A stretch of 63,122 bases of DNA, filler included, from Octopus bimaculoides (Eukaryota), in assembly GCF_001194135.2 (NCBI RefSeq). It is 5 parts of 4 records of this genome, joined end to end, with 100 filler letters (N's around TTAATTAATTAA, not from the genome) between each part and the next. Parts side by side here need not be neighbours in the genome. Positions count along the whole stretch, not along the records: positions 14,204 to 37,801 come from NC_068985.1; 4 more parts are not named here. One strand, given 5' to 3'. Position 1 is the first letter of the stretch. The number at the start of each line of letters is the position of its first letter. A program made the position numbers and the translations under genes. The notes beneath the pieces were generated by a model. It was not told the origin of the DNA and made no database searches. It worked only from the letters and a program-made list of their open reading frames with translations. This document shows, piece after piece, positions 21,350 to 34,258 of this stretch.

Positions 21350-21997
21350 CAATTAACAAGATAGCTGAGGGGAAACTATGTTAGCATTCTATCTGGTAAA
21401 TACAAACAGAATAGGATTTCACGTATATAACATAAGTTCGTGTCAGCCTCTCAAGCTCTCGAAGCTCTATTCTCTTTTCTCCTTTAGAAGCTAGCACTGA
21501 AGTCATCTCTCTAGGGAAGGAGACCATTGAGAAATTTNNNNNNNNNNNNNNNNNNNNNNNNNNNNNNNNNNNNNNNNNNNNNNNNNNNNNNNNNNNNNNN
21601 NNNNNNNNNNNNNNNNNACAAGGACAAGCAAAGGGATTAAGTCAATTACAGCGACCCCAGTGCGTGACTGGTACTTAATTTATCAACCCCGAAAGGATGA
21701 AAGGCAAAGTCAACTTCGGCGGAATTGGAACTCAGAACGTAAAGACAGACGAAATACTGCTAAGCATTTCGCCCAACGTGCTAACGTTTCTTCCAGCTCA
21801 CCGCCTTGCCAATTAACAAGATAGCTGAGGGGAAACTATGTTAGCATTCTATCTGGTAAATACAAACAGAATAGGATTTCACGTATATAACATAAGTTCG
21901 TGTCAGCCTCTCAAGCTCTCGAAGCTCTATTCTCTTTTCTCCTTTAGAAGCTAGCACTGAAGTCATCTCTCTAGGGAAGGAGACCATTGAGAAATTT
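21350..21997. other. 188-bp exact duplication around a gap and a SINE (probable haplotype or assembly artefact)
   Basis: 21350-21537 equals 21810-21997; a gap and a family-M SINE (21618-21808, minus) lie between them. Confidence 0.85.
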
Positions 21998-22415
21998 AAA
22001 ACTTCTCAATTTACGAAAAGAGTAAATAGAATAAAAAGAAATAGAAATGCAGGTAATCGCTTGTGATTTAATTTACTAACTTTTGTTATCTAACATTATA
22101 AACTTTACCAATTGTATCTTAACAGAGGTTAAGATAAGAAAAAAAAAAAAAAGAGAGCTACTCAACGTAATAAAAAAAATTACATGCGTTACTGCACACC
22201 CAAACACGCCCAAATCATTCGTATCTGCAAGCTTCTTTTCAGTGTTTACCCACAACTAGGTTTTATGTGCAGCCTTCTGTGCATCAAAATCACAAGGCTT
22301 ATTCGTACACGCAAAGATATGCATTTTATTTTCAAACTAAAACACCTCCCACTTTCTTTACAAAAGGAACTCACACATACACGCGCGATATTTCAAAATG
22401 AACAGGGATGAACAC

Positions 22416-22453
<38 letters not shown>

Positions 22454-22809
22454 CACACATGCCTGCATACACACACACACACGCACACACAGAGGTACAC
22501 CTACATACATATGCACCTATTCAAACACACTTGCACACGCGTATGCACAATATCGAAATAATTCATTCCGCATTGTATACTTTATGTGCAGTAAGTATAC
22601 GGGTGAGTTTGCTGAAAGGGTTATCACCCTGTCAAGGCTAACAAAAATAAAATGAAGATCTTTTAAGCTTGTAAGAATGAACTGCATTTAAATGAAAGCC
22701 TGAAAGAGACTGACAGAAACGAGAGCTGCTAACAGCGTAGAAACAAGCTTCTAAAATTCCATGTATTTTAGATTTAACAAGTCTTCAAGAGAAAATATAT
22801 ATGTAGACT

Positions 22810-22923
<114 letters not shown>

Positions 22924-22973
22924 CGTGCACGCGGATGCGTGTGTATCTAATCATCTCTATATCCACCTATCTG

Positions 22974-23012
<39 letters not shown>

Positions 23013-23093
23013 GCAAGTATAGAATATATACATGGACATGTTTACGTATGGAATACATATGCACACGCGCGCGCGCACACACACACACACATA

Positions 23094-23860
23094 CAGTCGT
23101 CCTCAAAATTATTCGCACACTTGTTAATTTTGTGATCTTTTAAATTTTTGTGATGAAATGAATGCATTTTGTCAAGTTTGTTCATGAGTTATATGTGACC
23201 AACAAGTAAAAGAATAACAACAATACAAGATTCAAGAAATTCTTCATTTCAAGGGTATTATATTAATGGATTTTCAAAAAATGCCATGTTCAGAATTATT
23301 CGTAGTCTAGGTTTACTGAGTCCAATATCTTCCTTTAATAGCCAAGAACATAGCCATTGTTCTTTATGACAGTTCTAGACGATTCTTCTACGTGTCCACA
23401 AGGTTCCTGCATGTCTCCTGTGGGATGTTGACACACACTTCCTTGGTGAAAGCCTCGAGCTTGGTCAGGTTGGTCGGTTTCCTAGCCATCTCTCTGGTCT
23501 TCAAGTTTCACCACAAGTTCTCGATCGGATTCAGGTCTGGACACTGACGTGGTCATTCTAGGATGTTGACATCATTGTCCTTGAACCATTTCTTCACTAC
23601 CTTGGTGGTATGTTTCGGATCATTGTCCTGATGGTACTTCCAGTTGTGACCGAGTTGGAGTTTCTCAGAGGATTCTTTCACGTTTTCATCAAGAATCCTG
23701 ATGCAATCCTCCTTTCTCGTGATTCCTTGGACTTTGACAAGGTTCCCCGTGCCACTGGAAGAGAAGCATCTCCATAACATTATGTTTCCACCACCATGCT
23801 TGACGGTGGGTAGTGTTCTTCGGCTTGCATGCTTCCCTTTTCTTCCTCCAGACAAATTCA
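23094..23860 (-). mobile_element. Tc1 transposon, 3' half, inactivated (DD34E)
   Basis: TVKHGGGNIMLW, HQDNDPKHT, *PRQCPDLNPIENLW; TA|CAGTCGTCC terminus at 23092-23102; repeated motif a(a/g)aattattcg at ~23105 and ~23292. Confidence 0.93.
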
Positions 23861-23873
23861 TCATCTATATATT

Positions 23874-24058
23874 TTTTCTTTTATTCTTTTATTTGTTTCA
23901 GTCATTTGACTGTGGCCATGCTGGAGCACCGCCTTTAGTCGAACAAATCGACCTCAGAACTTATTCTCTGTAAGCCTAGTACTTATTCTATCGGTCTCTT
24001 GGTCGAACCACTAAGTTAGGGGGACGTAAACATACCAGCATCGATTGTCAAGTGATGG
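23874..24058 (-). mobile_element. SINE family K (3' half; the rest lies in the gap)
   Basis: tttcagtcatttgactgtggccatgctggagcaccgcctttagtcg... is the reverse complement of the family-K 3' end. Confidence 0.88.
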
Positions 24059-24749
24059 NNNNNNNNNNNNNNNNNNNNNNNNNNNNNNNNNNNNNNNNNN
24101 NNNNNNNNNNNNNNNNNNNNNNNNNNNNNNNNNNNNNNNNNNNNNNNNNNNNNNNNNNNNNNNNNNNNNNNNNNNNNNNNNNNNNNNNNNNNNNNNNNNN
24201 NNNNNNNNNNNNNNNNNNNNNNNNNNNNNNNNNNNNNNNNNNNNNNNNNNNNNNNNNNNNNNNNNNNNNNNNNNNNNNNNNNNNNNNNNNNNNNNNNNNN
24301 NNNNNNNNNNNNNNNNNNNNNNNNNNNNNNNNNNNNNNNNNNNNNNNNNNNNNNNNNNNNNNNNNNNNNNNNNNNNNNNNNNNNNNNNNNNNNNNNNNNN
24401 NNNNNNNNNNNNNNNNNNNNNNNNNNNNNNNNNNNNNNNNNNNNNNNNNNNNNNNNNNNNNNNNNNNNNNNNNNNNNNNNNNNNNNNNNNNNNNNNNNNN
24501 NNNNNNNNNNNNNNNNNNNNNNNNNNNNNNNNNNNNNNNNNNNNNNNNNNNNNNNNNNNNNNNNNNNNNNNNNNNNNNNNNNNNNNNNNNNNNNNNNNNN
24601 NNNNNNNNNNNNNNNNNNNNNNNNNNNNNNNNNNNNNNNNNNNNNNNNNNNNNNNNNNNNNNNNNNNNNNNNNNNNNNNNNNNNNNNNNNNNNNNNNNNN
24701 NNNNNNNNNNNNNNNNNNNNNNNNNNNNNNNNNNNNNNNNNNNNNNNNN

Positions 24750-24819
<70 letters not shown>

Positions 24820-24884
24820 GCACACATAAAACACTATAATAGTCATCACTCGCTAGGAAGTAAGTATAACTTTGTACTATGCAC

Positions 24885-24953
24885 CATGTTCCACTGTCTT
24901 CGATCCCTTGGTCTCGCAATACTTTATCCAGTTGAATATAAATTATGTGAATT
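24885..24953 (-). CDS. Candidate internal coding exon (69 nt, phase 2-2)
   Basis: Strong acceptor gtctcttcccctag|; only one frame is open (IHIIYIQLDKVLRDQGIEDSGT); weak donor |gtgcat. Confidence 0.3.
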
Positions 24954-25150
24954 CTAGGGGAAGAGACAGCAGTACCAGCATACGTATATGTGTACACGAG
25001 TGAGTGTACAAACGAAAGAAAATAGCACCAACCTATTTGATGGAGTTACATATATTTAATAACACCGATCTCAACACTACATTTCATCCCTCCGGGATCG
25101 ATAAAATGTCGCACCAGTCAAGTATAGAGGTTAATATTTAATATTTCGAG

Positions 25151-25370
25151 AAGGCAGCGAGCTGACAGAATTGTTAACACGAATGGCAAAATGCTTAGCG
25201 GCATTTTGTCCGTCTTTATGTTCTGAGTTCAAATTCTGCCGCGATCAATTTTGTCTTCCTTCCCTCCAGAGGTCGATGAAATAAGTACCAGTTGAGTACT
25301 GGCGACAATGACATCGACTTACTCTCCTCTATCGAGATTGTAGGTTTTGTGCCAAAACCTGAAGCCAATA
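25151..25370 (+). mobile_element. SINE family M
   Basis: aaggcagcgagctgacagaattg...tttgtgccaaaacctgaagcc. Confidence 0.85.
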
Positions 25371-26011
25371 TTTAAAATCTAGGCTTTGTATTAAATAGAG
25401 AGGAATGACTTATGAAAATTGAATTTCTGAACAATGATTATTCTAGTGTTTGAAAGAGAATCTGAAGAAATTTTCCCAAGACAAAATATATAAATAATGA
25501 AGCGCAGATATAACGGTGAGTATAAGAAAGCCATGCTGACTGAAGGTTTTAATGCGTAATCCGTGAGTACTTTTGGAAGAAGCCATAAAGCTTAAGATGA
25601 CCTGATTTCCGTTCTCATTTCCAAACTGGGAATTGTAAATGCAGAGGCAAAAGTGTCCACGTGCCCAACGCTCTCCAGCAATTAAAGATATTGTTCCGTT
25701 TCCGAATGAATTGCAAGTCCATATTCGAATACATTACAAGATCGGTATGTTTATTACAGCAAAAAGTATTTCGCTCTTTGTAGACGGAGGCTATTAGAAA
25801 CTGAAACCTGTGGAAGAGTAAGAGAAAACACACGCACACGCACACGCACACGCACACACACACACACACATGCATACACACACGTGTATATATGTAAGAA
25901 TGTATATATATATGTATGTATGTGTGTGTGTATATATAATCCCCCTCTCTGTATATGTGTGTGTATGTATGTATATATATGTATATGTAAATATATGAGT
26001 CTGTACATTTG

Positions 26012-26050
<39 letters not shown>

Positions 26051-26109
26051 TATTGTATTATATTATATACATACATACATACATACATACAAGATAAAGA
26101 TATCATTTA

Positions 26110-26860
26110 CGTGTACCTAGGACGCACGTTCGAAGCCGTGTATATGACCACAATAGAAAGCAAATTGCTATCGAGACATGAACATGCGATACACACCACG
26201 TGTAGACGATACACACATCTTAATGGATGCACCGGAAGAATGAAGAAATTGAAGGAAGAATTAAAAAAAAAGAAAATGAAACAGCTTAATACAAAAAGAA
26301 ATATAAAAATATTAAAAAAAAAAATCAGCATCTAAAACAATAAACACAAATCTCCTAGTAATACAATCATTCCATTTCTAGATGGAAACATTCAGATAGA
26401 CAATAACAGATACGTCACGTCTACACGAAAGACACAAAAAACTACCTATACTTAGACAGAGACAGTGAACATCTTCATAGATACAAAATGTCAGTAGTGA
26501 AATCGCTACATAGTAAAACATTTAGATTGTCCTGCACAGACGAATTATTACATAAAGAAATTTCCATAGAATAAAACAAACGCTAATCAGCAATGGTATT
26601 AAAAAATAATCAAAATAAAATATCGAATAGACTAACTCATAGAGCAGTTCAGTAACAAATATAACGAAATGATTGCATCACATACACTACACTTATTAAA
26701 AATAAATAAACGAAGGATAAACTGTATTACATGAATCAAAATGCAAACTCATTTAATAATAGATGAGAATATCACCAACCTTATAAAGCAGAATATATAA
26801 TGCATTACATTAAACTATAGACTAACATTAATAACAAAATGCACAGATATTTCATTCTAC
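26110..26860 (+). pseudogene. Highly degenerate Penelope-like RT fragment
   Basis: LGRTFEAVYMTTIESKLL...CRRY (RT motif 4-5 region), then IIPFLDGNIQIDNNRYVTS.RK, YLYLDRDSEH..YKMSVVKSL..KTFRLSCTDELLHKEI...ISNG (PLE thumb pattern), across frameshifts. Confidence 0.65.
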
Positions 26861-26861
26861 T

Positions 26862-26985
26862 TTAAGCACAAGGCCTGAAATATTAGGAGAAAGAGTAAGT
26901 TGATTCCATCAATACCAGTTCTCAATTAGTACTTGTTTTATCGACAGTGAAAAGATGAAGGCAAAGGCGACCTCGGCAGAATTTG
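26862..26985 (-). mobile_element. SINE family M (3' part)
   Basis: attctactttaagcacaaggcctgaaa...aaggcaaaggcgacctcggcagaatttgaa. Confidence 0.8.
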
Positions 26986-27115
26986 AAAAAAAAAAAAAAA
27001 AAAAAAAAANNNNNNNNNNNNNNNNNNNNNNNNNNNNNNNNNNNNNNNNNNNNNNNNNNNNNNNNNNNNNNNNNNNNNNNNNNNNNNNNNNNNNNNNNNN
27101 NNNNNNNNNNNNNNN

Positions 27116-27186
<71 letters not shown>

Positions 27187-27274
27187 CACACACACGTGCT
27201 GACGTCATGAGAACTTAGAAACTTCTTTGAGAACATGAAATAATTCAGCAGATAAAACTACAAAAAATCCCTTC

Positions 27275-27470
27275 TACTATAAACAAAGCCTGAAATTTGG
27301 GTAAAGTGATTCCATCGACCCCAGTGTTCGATTGGTACATATTTTATCGATCTCGAAAGGATGAAAACTAAAATGGACCTCTGCGGAATTTGAGCTCAGA
27401 ATGTAAAGACGGATGAAATACTGCTAAGCATTTTGTCCGGCGACCTAACGATTCTGCTAGCTCGGTGCCT
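27275..27470 (-). mobile_element. SINE family M
   Basis: Reverse complement of the family-M consensus blocks. Confidence 0.82.
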
Positions 27471-27737
27471 TTTAAAAATCTTTTAAAATTCTTATGACAT
27501 CGAAAACACACAATTCTCATCAGAAAGAATAAAGTTAATGAATAAATGGATCAAAGAATTCTAAGAAATACTTTGTTCCAATAGTAGACTACTAACTATT
27601 TTTATAGATGTGAGATCAATTGCTGAGGGCATCCTTCGACCGTTTCTGTCCAAAGGGGTTTTAAAACCTATTATTTACATGCTATTATTGCTTTATAGCT
27701 TTATCTGCTCCGTGCTTCACCGTTTCAAAAAAAGATA

Positions 27738-27858
27738 TATATAGGCGTGACAGTGTGGTAAGAAGCTTGCTTCCCAACATAGTTCCTTCAAGGCGGTGCT
27801 CCAGTATGACCGCAGTTAAATGACAAAAACAAGTAAAAGAATAAAAGAATAAAAAGGA
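27738..27858 (+). mobile_element. SINE family K, internally deleted
   Basis: Head gtgtggtaagaagcttgcttccc joined directly to the 3' block aaggcggtgctccagtatgaccgcag...aagtaaaagaataaaag. Confidence 0.78.
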
Positions 27859-29238
27859 ATATGTATTTCTATCTTTTACCATTTTCCCCTTTATTTGTGT
27901 ATGAGTTTATAACTGTTAGATTCGTACAGTAAAATTACCGAGTCCAGCATTAACTAATCATGACTTTAATGGTTTTAGCTGCTGATGGGACTCATGTTGA
28001 AGTGAGTTATTTCCTAGTATATAATTTTCTACTCTAGGCACAAGGCCTAAACTTTTTGGGGAAAGAGCCAGTCGATTAGATTGACCCCAGTACGCAACTG
28101 GTATTTAATTTAGATTTGATCAGTTTGGGCCATGTCATGAAGTTTGGACGCAGTATACTTTTCGAAATATGATTTGAAATTCTAGTCGTCATCATCTATT
28201 CACATGAAAAAATTAAAAATTATCGCAGGATTGAACTGCTCTTTAAAGTAATTTTTGGACTGCTTTTCATTTTTATTACGTATTTTTCCATGTTGTCTCG
28301 ACGTCCAGTGGAAAATTACTGGGTTTCTATTATGGACGATGGCACTTGTATTTAATATGTCGTATTGTCAGCTTCTCTTAGAAAATTGTAGAGGTTTGCT
28401 AATAACAAAAAGTGTGTTCTGTAAGTGATAACTTCTATTGGTTGAGACTGTGATACAATTGCATGCATACACCACTCCTTTGGCAAACCACCGTTTAATT
28501 TCCTCATTAATTTAACCACAAGGGAATATAGAAAGCGGACAAGTAGCCAAGAAATTGACAGTTCAGCTGCTGTAACCAATTCAATGTTATGTCAATCATC
28601 ATGACACCTCACATTTGAAATGACCTTATGCACCTAGTTATGAGTAGGTAAGTGCACAAACTCAGAAGAAAGAAAACAAAAACACAGCTCACCCAGTGTA
28701 AGCATCACTGTAGCTACATCAATAGATCATATCATCCAATGGAGGAATTTTCTGATAAGTTTTCTGATCATAAAATGTTAAGTATTTGATCTGACCATTC
28801 GATAACTGACAGACTGAATCGTCGATTTATGCATTGTTTAATGAAATCTGATGGTGAAGCTTAAACTGTTATTACTGTTGGTCATAGACTCAATGTACGA
28901 TCGATCTATGATGAATGCATTCCAGTTGTGGCCTTCCATATTTTTTTTTATATCTGTCACATGTCTGTCACCTGTCTATCTAATGTGTCCATACTTTATT
29001 TAAGACCACGAGTACGATCTGAGGAAGATTTGACTACTATTTCTACAAGGTTGAGGATCAAGTTGAAGCTTTCTTATTGGTTCTTAAAGCGTAAGTGAAA
29101 TATATAGAATGTTCAGCGGTATAGAGGGCCTTAGGGTAGCGAGCAGGCAGGCTCTGGGTCGATGTAATCGACTAGCCCCTACCTACAAAATTTCAGGCTT
29201 TGTGTCTATAATAGAAAGAATTATCATAAAGTATCTAT

Positions 29239-29393
29239 AGGAGTGGCTGTATGGTAAGTAGCTTGCTTACGAACCACATAGTTCCCGGTTCAGTCCCACT
29301 GCATGGCACCTTGCGCAAGTCTTCAACTATAGCCTCAGGCCGACCAAAGTCTTGTGAGTGGATTTGGCAGACGGAAACTGAAAGAAGCCCATC

Positions 29394-29443
<50 letters not shown>

Positions 29444-29640
29444 GTGTGTGTCTGTGTTTGTCTCCCCAACATCGCTTGACAACCGATGCTGTTGTGTTTA
29501 CGTCCCCGTAACTTAGCGGTTCGGCAAAAGAGACCGATAGAATAAGTACTAGGCTGGGGTCGATTTGCTCGACTAAAGGCGGTGCTCCAGCATGGCCACA
29601 GTCAAATGACTGAAACCAGTAAAAGAGTAAAAAGAGTAAG
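29239..29640 (+). mobile_element. SINE family K, full length
   Basis: All family-K blocks are present, with internal (AT)n. Confidence 0.9.
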
Positions 29641-29972
29641 TAGTTAGGTTATAAGTACTGAACAGAATTAAACAATTGTAAATCTCGTTGATTCCTATCA
29701 CAGAATCTTGCTACCACACAGGTTTTCAATTACATACAAAAGAAATGAGTTATGTAGATAACCTGTACTAAATAAGTAAGCGAACATTCTAGGGAACCTC
29801 TCTGTGGTAGTATAACCAGTTAGAAATAGTCTTCAAAATGGAAGCAAATGTTGGATAAAGTAATACTGGATACATTGTGTGAAAAAAGACGGGATGTCCT
29901 GAGCTAACCGGGGGTTAAATTGTTGAACGAAAATGAGGAAAAGAAATATTCTGTTGTAAAAGCGTTACATAC

Positions 29973-30010
29973 GCGGTATTGTCTAATAGCAGTTCATTGT
30001 GAACATAAAC
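29973..30010 (-). CDS. Candidate small coding exon (38 nt, phase 0-2)
   Basis: gtacttattgcag|VYVHNELLLDNT(A)|gtatgt; speculative. Confidence 0.25.
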
Positions 30011-30033
30011 CTGCAATAAGTACTCCTACCGTA

Positions 30034-30112
30034 TTTCTTCTTCTTCTTCTTCTTCTTCTTCTTCTTCTTCTTCTTCTTCTTCTTCTTCTTCTTCTTCTTC
30101 TTCTTCTTCTTC
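30034..30112 (+). repeat. (CTT)n microsatellite
   Basis: Read directly. Confidence 0.96.
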
Positions 30113-30294
30113 TCCAACATGTCCAACCACCGAAAAATTAGGTGCAACTGTTTATGTCACGTCCGTTTGCTTGCTTGATCGATTGAGTATCCACTCTGNN
30201 NNNNNNNNNNNNNNNNNNNNNNNNNNNNNNNNNNNNNNNNNNNNNNNNNNNNNNNNNNNNNNNNNNNNNNNNNNNNNNNNNNNNNNNNNNNNNN

Positions 30295-30364
<70 letters not shown>

Positions 30365-31018
30365 AAATGAATAATTAGTAAGCAAAAAGAAAAACTGCTT
30401 CTCTTGTTTTCGTGTTACTTCCTTAGCAAGTTACTTGGTTATTTATTGAGCAATATGCAGGCGTTAAGATAACTCCACAGAAAAACATCTATACACATGG
30501 CTAAATGACTTTAGTTGTGGCTATAATGGTCAGCAGTGGCAAATATACGCTGACTACATATGTAAAAGAAAAACAATTCCCTTTACTTCTATCAGCCAAC
30601 TATTCGGTAAATAAGTGTACTGGTAGAACCGTTAGAACACTCGGCAAAACACATTGTAATAAATTGCTACAGCTTTTTACAAATTTGAGCTCAAACCCCT
30701 CGGTGGGATTCGAACTTAGTATTTGAAAAATTTGAACCCTTCCAGTGATGAAAAATATCTACTCGATCAAAATTAAAGAACAAGTATTGGAGATGAATTT
30801 GTCTATATGAACGGTTCTAAAAGGGGAAGATTCCCGCCACCGCCATCAGCAAATATTAGTGAAATATATTTGAACCTTTCCCCTCTTTATCAACTCCTTT
30901 GAACACGTTTGATTANNNNNNNNNNGCCATCAGCAAATATTAGTGAAATATATTTGAACCTTTCCCCTCTTTATCAACTCCTTTGAACACGTTTGATTAT
31001 GCCCATATACGTGGCACT

Positions 31019-31391
31019 CTGTTGGTTACGACGACGAGGGTTCCAGTTGATCCGATCAACGGAACAGCCTGTTCGTGAAATTAACGTGCAAGTGGCTGAG
31101 CACTCCATAGACACGTGTAGTCTTAATGTAGTTCTCGAGGAGATTCAGCGTGACACAGAGTGTGACAAGGCTGGCCCCTTTGAAATACAGGTAGAAGAGA
31201 AACAAGAAGAAAGAGTGAGAGAAAGTTGTGGTGAAGGAGTACAGCAGGGTTCGCCACTACACCCTGCCGGAGCCTCATGGAGCTTTAGGTGTTTTCGCTC
31301 AATAAACACTCACAACGCCCGGTCTGGGAATCGAAATCGCGATCCTATGACTGCGATCCCGCTGCCCTAACCACTGGGCCATTGCGCCTCC
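31019..31391 (-). mobile_element. tRNA(Arg)-like SINE family R
   Basis: Reverse complement of 31923-32312: ggaggcgcaatggcccagtgg A box, tttcgattccc B box, conserved body. Confidence 0.92.
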
Positions 31392-31922
31392 ACATTATAC
31401 CCATAGAAAACACAAAAATGGTCGGCTACATTGTTTTGTGTTTACAGCCGAAAATAACAATATTTCTGCCAATAGCAAGTCGTGTACACAAAACCATATG
31501 GCCCACCGCTTTTGCATTTTACAGGGGTATGGCCAAACCAAGAAGCCGCTCGCTAAGTCGTATTCGTGGATTGAAAGGGTCAAGGAGATTTTTGCATTCA
31601 TATAATTTGTCGTTCTTCAACATAATGTTTGACAAGTTTAAAAAGTTGGAAACCATCTTTCCTTAACTAAATATGGCAATCTGCCCGCTCCTTTTCGATC
31701 CTCACAACTCCCCAACTCCCGCCACCTAGTTAGAGAAACAATGGACTATGTCCTCTAAAATATGTAGGCTTGTCCCACTATTAGAAATCAATATTGGGTC
31801 AAATATTTCCTTCGGAATGTGTGGTGCGTGATATTAATTGTGGTCCTGATGTTTTGCTTCTGACTGTCACGCAGCAACCAAATTAAATTTTTGTTTCTTA
31901 TCTGATGTATTAAAAGAATGTT

Positions 31923-32312
31923 GGAGGCGCAATGGCCCAGTGGTTAGCGCAGCGGACTCGCGGTCATCGGATCGCGGTTTCGATTCCCAGACCGGGCGTT
32001 GTGAGTGTTTATTGAGCGAAAACACCTAAAAGCTTCACGAGGCTCCGGCAGGGGATGGTGACGAACCCTGCTGTACTCTTCCACTACAACTTTCTCTCAC
32101 TCTTACTTCCTGTTTCTGTTTTACCTGTAATTCAAGTGGTCAGCCTTGTCACACTGTGTCACGCTGAATATCCCTGAGAACTACGTTAAGGGTACACGTG
32201 TCTGTGGAGTGCTCAGCCACTTGAACGTTAATTTCACGAGCAGGCTGTTCCGTTTATCGGATCAACTGAACCCTTCTCGTCGTAAGCGACGGAGTGCCAA
32301 CAACAACAATAA
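31923..32312 (+). mobile_element. tRNA(Arg)-like SINE family R
   Basis: ggaggcgcaatggcccagtggttagcgcagcggactcgcggtc..ggtttcgattcccagacc head, ~300-bp body, (CAA)n tail. Confidence 0.92.
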
Positions 32313-32393
32313 AAGAGTGTTGTTGGCCAAGTGGCTAGGATGGTGAACAACCATTTGCGGGAGCGGCAGTTCGTTCTCTGCCATCAGTATTAC

Positions 32394-32465
32394 CTTGTGT
32401 TCGTAGCTTAGGTTACTTGATTTACAAATGGAAGATTCACAAATGAAAGGAAATGATCCAACAAG
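32394..32465 (-). CDS. Candidate coding exon (72 nt, phase 0-0)
   Basis: gtacttatttacag|LVGSFPFICESSICKSSNLSYEHK|gtaata; good splice sites and only one of three frames is open. Confidence 0.45.
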
Positions 32466-33018
32466 CTGTAAATAAGTACTACACGATTGGAACAATACAT
32501 CACTTTAAGCGGTAGAAGTGCTTTATATATAACTAGTTACCCTTTAACTTGCAGTGTGGTATCCAATTCCTTATGTGGACAGAGAAACAACTTCGGTGTA
32601 ATCTTCCCTAGAATCGCAACGTCAATTTATAGTATTAAGGGAAATCTATCTTGTGGTTGTATTTTAAGTGAAATCACTCATCAAATATCTGTTTGATATT
32701 TCCCCAACTAGAGGTATTGACATATGTGTGATAAACGATGTTCTAAAGCCGATCGCATATGTTATCCTTTTTATAAATGTACAGAAATAACATACCCGTT
32801 GAGTTCTAAAATTGGCAAAAGATCACCAAATTTTTAGAAGGTAGAAATCGATTTTATTGATACCAACGCCTGAGAGTTACTATATCTTATTTATCCAGAA
32901 GGTTGGCTTAGTTGTGATTTGAACTAAAAAGCAACAAAGCAGTACCTGAGCATTTAATGATTTTGTTAGTCCAGTATTAAAGCATCTTGTGTTTCGTATC
33001 TTCTAACTGTTATCAATG

Positions 33019-33063
<45 letters not shown>

Positions 33064-33091
33064 TTATCTATCTATATCTATCTATCTATCT

Positions 33092-33637
33092 CTCTCTGTT
33101 CATCATACTGGTGGCCATGGTGAAAGAATGTGTGTGGTGGACCCGAGCGAAAGGATTAGAGACGAAGACCTACCTCTCTGGCCAATCGCTCATCAACTTT
33201 TTCAAGTATCACTTGAAAAGGAAGGTGAGAATAGAGAGGCTGGTTTTGTCTCGTGAAAGTTTCATTAAAAGGTGGGTGAATGTAGCAAAGATGGTGCGTG
33301 CGAGTGACGATACCTCTTTGAGCATGATCCTATAAATCGAGAAAAATAAAAAAAGAGAGAGAGAGAGAGCACTTTGCTCTCATGTGTCTATTCCCTGCTG
33401 AGGTTACCGTGGTCTTTTCCGTAGGCTTTTCTCTCCATGGATAAGCCTAATGTTACTCCATTTTACACTATTGACATTTTCTGTGATATACGATACCCCC
33501 TTTTTTTTGATGCCCCTACCGATCCCCTTTGATCGGATTTTTTAAATTTTTATTTATCTTTTTTTATTTTTAAAGAAAAGCTCTACACTTGTATTTGTCC
33601 CCTCTGTGTGCAGCCCTGTGTGGCTAATAAAAGAAAG
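33092..33637 (+). mobile_element. 5'-truncated LINE 3' end, Tx1/L1-like
   Basis: MVKECVWWTRAKGL...LINFFKYHLKRKVRIERLVLSRESFIKRWVNVA (K.IW..R...R+..ER...F...W pattern), then a UTR ending tttgtcccctctgtgtgcagccctgtgtggctaataaagaaa. The clade call is recalled similarity. Confidence 0.6.
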
Positions 33638-34015
33638 ATATCTATCTATCTATATATCTATCTATCTATCTATTCATTTCGTTCATTTTGTCTTTATACG
33701 TATATGTACATGTATGTGCATTTATTTATATTGCGTATTCATATACATTATTTATTGTAGCGTTGAAATAACCCTAAGTTTCTCGAATCTCACTCATAAC
33801 TTCACGTGATCAGTGACAGTCGCAATATTCAGAGAAGTAATAGAAAGTGATTTCAGTTCAAGAGTAACTAATTGTTCAAAGTAGAGTAGACTGCATTTGG
33901 TCGTATATACAGTTTGAAGTAACATTCGTAAAATTAGGTTTGGCGCTTAAATTGAATAAAATTTTATTTTAAATTTATTAAAATGTTATGACACTTCAGT
34001 TGCTGACGTGGATAC

Positions 34016-34050
34016 CCCTGTAATCAGCAGTTCTAGATTAATCAAGTCTT
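34016..34050 (-). CDS. Candidate small coding exon (35 nt, phase 1-0)
   Basis: tttctgcag|(E)DLINLELLITG|gtatcc; the phase bridges cbEGF2 to 32465; speculative. Confidence 0.25.
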
Positions 34051-34258
34051 CTGCAGAAACTGATAACTTGCAACTCGATTTCTATAGGGACAGAGAAAAA
34101 AGAAGGGGTGGGTGGGAGAAAAAGAGATAATAAAAAAGAAAGAAAAGAAACAAAGGGGAGGAGAGTACATTAGAGAGAAAGAAAAATAGTGGAGTTATTA
34201 TGAAAGAGACAAAGCTTTCAATGAGGAACTGGAAGAGAAGCTGAGTTGTGAAGCTAAT

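Noticed and set aside
30842-30999. ~73-bp direct duplication
   Set aside because: Identical copies on both sides of a 9-N gap: an unmerged contig overlap.
31527-31607. Plus-strand GYGQTKKP...VKEIFAFI resembling an alpha/beta-hydrolase segment
   Set aside because: In-frame stop follows immediately, there is no donor and no other hydrolase exons; likely chance.
31923-31995. tRNA genes at the heads of families R, H and K
   Set aside because: Acceptor and anticodon stems do not pair properly, and each head is fused to a repeated SINE body; these are SINE promoters, not tRNA genes.
32541-32607. Candidate exon just upstream of 32465
   Set aside because: The frame needed to join the 32465 exon contains stop codons.
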